NCBI GenBank assembly: GCA_964057225.1
Contig: OZ059896.1
Coordinates: forward strand, 7,130,001 to 7,194,000
Direction: 5' to 3'
Length of the DNA: 64,000 nt
Origin: Auanema rhodensis
Taxonomy: Eukaryota; Animalia; Nematoda
In this document: positions 52,391-64,000 of the stretch, piece after piece
Position numbering within the stretch: position 1 is the stretch's first letter
Layout of the letters: each line of letters starts with the position of its first letter
The notes under the pieces: generated by a model
What the model was told of the DNA's origin: nothing
The model's input: the letters and a program-made list of their open reading frames with translations, nothing else
The model's database searches: none
Program-made: the position numbers and the translations under genes

Positions 52391-54788
52391 ATGAATCTAA
52401 CATCAGTTGGTCAGGGTGATCCACTTATGGAAGAAATACCTATCGGACATCCAGCTTTAGTTCATCTTAATACATTCGCTAAAGTAAGTTTTAAAGTTTC
52501 AAAAAAGAATATTTTAATAATTTCTATTTAAGGCTATATGCATTTGTTTCTATTGTCTTTTGTGTGTATGTTCAGTATATGGAAATTCTTTGGTTATACT
52601 TGTTATCTTATATTTCCGAAGATTACGAACAGCTACAAATATTCTTATACTGAATTTGGCTATTGGTAAAATATTTATTTAACTATATTCATATAATTAA
52701 ATATATTTTAGCTGATTTATTGATAGCTGTCTTTTGTATTCCATTCTCATATTGGGCTGTTCTTATATTTGATGATCAACGATGGATATTTGGTTCAGCT
52801 ATGTGCTCATTACTATCATTCTTACAAGGTGTTGCAGTATTTTTATCATCTTGGACACTTGTAGTTATAAGGTAAATATTATAAAAAATTATAATTTTTA
52901 ATAAATAAATAAATAAATAATTTAGTTTTGATCGTTGGATGGCTATTATGTTTGTTTTATCACCACGTATGAGACTTACTAGATCGCGTGCTGTTTATCT
53001 TGTTTTAGCAACATGGCTATTCAGGTATATTATATATTATATATATATTATAATAAATAAATATTATATAGTACTGTAATGGCTTTGCCATTACTATTTG
53101 TTACTAGATCACAACCTAGGAATGATGTAATGATGTGTGATGAAGATTGGACAATCTTTACTGATAATGCTGAAAAAGTAAATTTTAATAATATAATTAT
53201 AAATTATAAATTATATATTATTACAGTATCAATCATATTATAATACTGCTGTACTTATATTACAATATGTTGTACCACAAACAGTATTAATCATAACATA
53301 TACATTTATTGGTATGAAAATGTGGAATAGTCGATTACCAACAAGTATTTCGAGTAAAAAAATTGTTATGGAACGTCATGAAAGTGTTAAAAAGGTAATT
53401 AATTTATAAAATAAATTAGAATTTAAATATATTTTATAGCTTATACCTATGGTTATATTAATATCAGCATTGTTTGCATTATGCTGGTTACCTCTTCTTT
53501 TACTTATTAATATAATTGTTGTATATTGGGAAGCTGTAGCTAGTTGGCCATATATACTATATGCATGGTAATTATATATATATTATATTATATTATTTTA
53601 TAATTATATCATATAAATTAAGGTGGTTTGCTCATGGATTAGCTATGTTACATTCAATTGTTAATCCAATAGTTTATTATTTACGAAATGCACGTTTTCG
53701 TGAAGGATTCTGTTATTTCTCACGTTTTCTGCCATTCGTCCACTTTACTGAATTCACATTATTAGCAGATCAAGCTAAAAGGTTTGTTCATATATCGTAT
53801 TTTAAGTTTTATATTTGAATAAGAAATTCTTTTTCAATTATTAAAAACATATGTTGATCAAAAAATTATACTATAAATAACATAATTTATATAAATAGTA
53901 TAGTATATTTGAATATAATATACTACTATGGATGATTTTCATTAAATTAAATATAATCAAGTATAGTATATGGCTATGTAGAATGTATGTATGTGTATGT
54001 ATGTAATAGTAACTATGTCTATGTACTGTGATTTGTGAGTGAAAATGCTTGTTGGAGGAGAAAAAAATGTTTGTTTTGACTTCAAAATATTCTTTAAAAT
54101 TAAGAAAAAAATACATTTTTAGATAATTTATTTATTATATCTTCCTATAGTATTGTATATATATATATATATAGTAAGTTATATGGAAATTAAAATTATC
54201 AAGGAAAAATATATAAAAAAACAATTTTTGTCTTCATATCCTATAACTATAACTATAACTATATATATATATATATTTCAATATAAATGCTTTCTAACTA
54301 TTGTATAATTAATATATTTTTGTATTTCTTCACATATGCATGCATTTTCATTGTCGTGTTTTAGCATTCGAACCCGCTCTAGAAGTGGAATTAATCCTGC
54401 AACCTATCATCAGGTATATTTGCTTCAAAGTTTCACCTTTGTCACCTTTGTATATGCATGTACATACACAACTGAAATATAATTATCGACTGAATATGAA
54501 AGAAATACACTATATATAGATATCTTTCTATAAATTAAAGTTGAATAATATAGTTGCAATTTTTCTTTTAATCACTTGTACCAACCAACAGCTTGAAATT
54601 ACCTATCTTCTCTCCCTCTTACTAATATTTCTATTGCATCACCTCTGGGAATCTAAATTATATTTTACAAAATCATTGATAAAAATGTATATTTACAGGC
54701 CAAAACTGCCATTGACAACGACCCCCATAGGATATTTTCCGATTGCCGCCGACAAATACAAGAAAGTAAGCCATTGATCAATCGATGA
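52391..54788 (+). CDS. npr-22: Rhodopsin-class neuropeptide GPCR, NPR-22 (luqin/RYamide receptor)-like
   Basis: Motifs: YGNSLVILVILYFRRLRTATNILILNLAI/ADLL, FSYWAVLIFDDQRWIFG, ISFDRW, LQYVVPQ, RHESVKKLIPMV, CWLP and WFAHGLAMLHSIVNPIVY...RNARFREGF. These match C. elegans NPR-22 as I recall it. The C-terminal exon choice is uncertain (stop at 54788 or 54777). Confidence 0.88.
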
Positions 54789-54810
54789 CCAATATCAACA
54801 ACATGCACTT

Positions 54811-54834
54811 AACAACAACAACAACAACAACAAC
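54811..54834. repeat. (AAC)n repeat in the GPCR 3' UTR
   Basis: Read directly from the sequence; a second (AAC)n tract lies near 55453-55474. Confidence 0.85.
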
Positions 54835-55029
54835 ATGAAATATTTTTTAATTTTGAAATACGGGAAACAGAGATATACTATATATGTATAGTATATATAA
54901 TCTCTTAGATCTATATAACTTTAATATCTGTGTTAAGAAATTGTTATTTCCCCTTCCCTCCCCCCCTTTCTCAACAAACGAAATGCCTATCCTGAGCCAT
55001 GCTGTATATTTGAAATGCATATCAAGCTT

Positions 55030-55110
55030 TAGTAATTGAATGAGATTGATTAAGATTTGCAAAAGTACCTAATTATTAGGCAGATCTTAATCTATCTCAT
55101 TCAATTACTA
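55030..55110. repeat. Near-perfect 31-bp inverted repeat with a 19-nt loop
   Basis: TAGTAATTGAATGAGATTGATTAAGATTTGC (55030-55060) pairs with GCAGATCTTAATCTATCTCATTCAATTACTA (55080-55110), with one mismatch and one G-U pair. Confidence 0.9.
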
Positions 55111-56677
55111 TGTATAAATATAAAAATAAATACTTATTTATGCCAAAATATACCAAAATATACCAATTTGTATATAAAACGTGTGTTAATAAAGATTTTT
55201 GTTAAGTTTAAAATTAAAAAAATTAATAATTTTTTGTAAAAACTATAATATTCTGTACTTATTAAGCATAATAGTTCAATTTAAAAAGAATTATATGTCA
55301 TTAAGTATTTATAAGTACTGTAATAATTATTTTTATTTAAATAAATCTTAGAATACTGTAAAAGTACTGTAGGTACTGTAGGTACTGTATATAGAGAAAG
55401 ATGATGAATTTCTTTTAAAATATATATTGAATTAAGTTTACAAACAATAAAAAACAACAACAACAACAACAACAAAGAAATCTACAAAGTTTAAACTTCA
55501 AACGAAAAATTAAAATAAAGTTTAATTTTCTATTTTCATCAATCTTTGATCATTTCAATGCAAAACTATCTTCTTTTTTTTCTTCTTAATACACTTTTTC
55601 ATTCAAATTTGAACTTTTTCAAATCAAAATCTATAAATTTTAAAATTCAAATTGAGGTTAAGCTTCATGAATCAGATTAAACTTTGTTAATATATGAATA
55701 ATATATTAAATTATTGCTTGTTTAAAACAATCTTTCAAATCAAAAAATCAAACTTCATAATGATGATATGAAGTAGACTGATTGTATGATTATGCTTACG
55801 TCATCACACACCAAAAACAAAGTTAAACGATTATAAAGTTTATTTCGATAATTGAAATTTGAATTATAATTATATAAAAAAACATTTATATACATGTGTA
55901 TATGTACAATTATTCATATACATATGTATGTATTGAGTTTTCTTTTATTATACACAAAAACATTTTAATATAATTCAAATTAATTATATACAAATATTAA
56001 AAAGAAGAATAATGAAACGTCTGAGATGATGTATAACAGAAATATATGTATAGTATAGTATACTATACGTATAGTATATTGTAAAAAACAATTAAGAAAA
56101 TATCTCTAATATGATGAATAAAGACGATGAAATCGACTAGATAATCATTAAAACTCAAACAAATGAGTAGATATGAATAGGGTCACGATGAAATTTGAGA
56201 AAGAACAGAATGTATGCGAACGAAATGGAACCAAACGTATTTCAAATATGGATTATGGAATTGTTATTATCAATTGCCTGAAATGATTGACTTCATGAAT
56301 ACAAAGTATTGTGAATTTTCTTGTAATTAATTCATTTTTATGAAGAAATTGGAAGATGAATCCAGTTATACAAGGACAGAAAGAGAGAGCGAGAGAGAGA
56401 GAAAGAGAGAGGGAGGACAAAAAAATTAAAAGTGATCAAGAAGAATCGAGGAGCAAATTCTAATGTTAATCATGTGAATTCAAGTATTTGCCATTAATAC
56501 TGCCCGCTTTGACAGCTGAGATTGGAATTGACACAGTGTTAAGTAGAAAACAAAAAAAAACTTGGAATTTTGTAAAAAAAAAAACAAAAAAGAATAAGAC
56601 GAGTTAGGAGATACAGTATGAGTCAGTACAGGATTGTAAATCAGAAAATTGAAAAGTTTTAAGTTGAATGAGATTAC

Positions 56678-62573
<5,896 letters not shown>

Positions 62574-64000
62574 CTAAAAAAATGTAAATAAATGGAAATA
62601 ATTTATAAAAAATATTAATTACAAAGATAATAATTAATGAATTCTCTGATTTGTTATTAGTTTTTAGAAATTGATGTATAAAGCCTTAGAGAGTCATATG
62701 AAAAGCATGAAAAGCTGTGTCAGCACAAAATGGCAGCTACCTTCATCGTTGTCTATGGCCCTGCCCTCCCTTCCCCCCATCCACACCCATCTATGCTTTT
62801 TCAGCTTACATCACTCTCTCTATCAAAGACATAACGTTCCATTAAAAACTAATATTAAGTATTTGATTGAATATAAGCAATATATGGGTGATGATGAACT
62901 TCAAAATCAGTTAATAAGTTTAAGTCCATCGGTTATATTTGATAGTTTCAAAATTATCTTCATATATGTATGTATAATCTATTATTTTATTTCATTTTTA
63001 TAGTTTATTATATAGTTTAGATTTTTAATATTAAAAAAATTTATATGAAAAGAAACTGATAAAACAATATTATCAAATAGTTATTGTTTTTTGAAACAAA
63101 AATATGAAATTTACGTTCAAAAATGAACAAAATGAATTAGAATTGAAACACAATATGTTTATATTTTAGATCGATGTATTAAGCAAAGTCTAAAGTCTTT
63201 TTATAAGTAAAGTAGAAAGAGAAAAAGGGAAGTCATATGTTCTTAAGAGAGTAAGGGAAGTCGATGAAAAAAAAAAAGAATAAAGAGTAGTATTATTCAT
63301 ATAAAATATATTATTTTCTATATATAACCACATATGTATATGTGAATATATATTTATATATTTCAATGATACTTTGGTCGAAAGTCGAAGTTTAACCAGC
63401 AAGATGGCAAAATGATTAAAATCAGACATGTTGTGTAGGCGACACTAAGTTTGAAGATGTGAGATTTAAGTGACTGAAGAACTACAAGTAGAAGAAGAAG
63501 AAGAAGAAGAAGCAGAAGCTGGATTAACTAGTTCTGAAGGCATATGTATCCACGAGCATGAAAAAAGGTTGTAATTGACTGATAGATAGAAGAGGTGGAC
63601 TGTGTAGGTGGATAAGATGCTCTAAGTCGTGTTTACAAACGTATTTTTTCCGATGTTAAACTGTTCAAGTTCATCTATTTGAATTTGTGTTATTAATATT
63701 ATATATTTTAGTTAAATAAATAATATTCAAATTAATTATTTATAATAATTATAAATAAATATAAAATAGCAACCATGTTGTTAGAAATGAATAAGTGAAA
63801 ATGAGAAATGAAAATAGCACGTAATCCGCGTGGATTATAGTTCTTTTTACGTTAAATGCTATGAATCATATGTACAAAAAAGGAAGTGTAAGAGTATGTT
63901 TCAGTAGAAAAATAAAAAAATTTGCTGTAAAACATGAAGAAAGATTTTTGTTGAATAGGTTTGTGAAGTTGTGAAGAAAAGAAGAAGAAGAAAGACAAGA

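Overview
AT-rich eukaryotic genomic DNA with many ~45-60 nt GT-AG introns and TTTCAG/TTTTAG acceptors. Intron style and gene content indicate a nematode; I cannot name the species. The ORF track is mostly exon fragments or noise, so I assembled the genes by hand. Ten spliced protein-coding genes are supported: a secreted Thr-rich C6-like protein (+), a K50 paired-like Dmbx/ceh-53-type homeobox gene (+), a Kunitz-Cys-rich-Kunitz protein (-), DENND6/FAM116 (-), an ACF1/BAZ1-type DDT-PHD chromatin factor (-), a V-ATPase V0 a subunit with a long N-terminal extension (+), an orphan non-alpha nAChR-like Cys-loop channel (+), an unknown secreted, probably GPI-anchored protein nested antisense in that channel's intron (-), an NPR-22-like neuropeptide GPCR (+) and an FGD/EXC-5-like RhoGEF (-). 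The most unusual points are: (1) the channel M2 lacks the -1' Glu and has Arg at 2', so it may be anion-selective, and it hosts the nested surface-protein gene; (2) several structured non-coding islands, namely two miRNA-like hairpins, an H/ACA-like element and a folded island in a BAZ1 intron; (3) an operon-like BAZ1-DENND6 junction; (4) a dual-frame exon with a TAATG stop-start overlap in the RhoGEF gene. Family assignments come from recalled motifs, not database searches.
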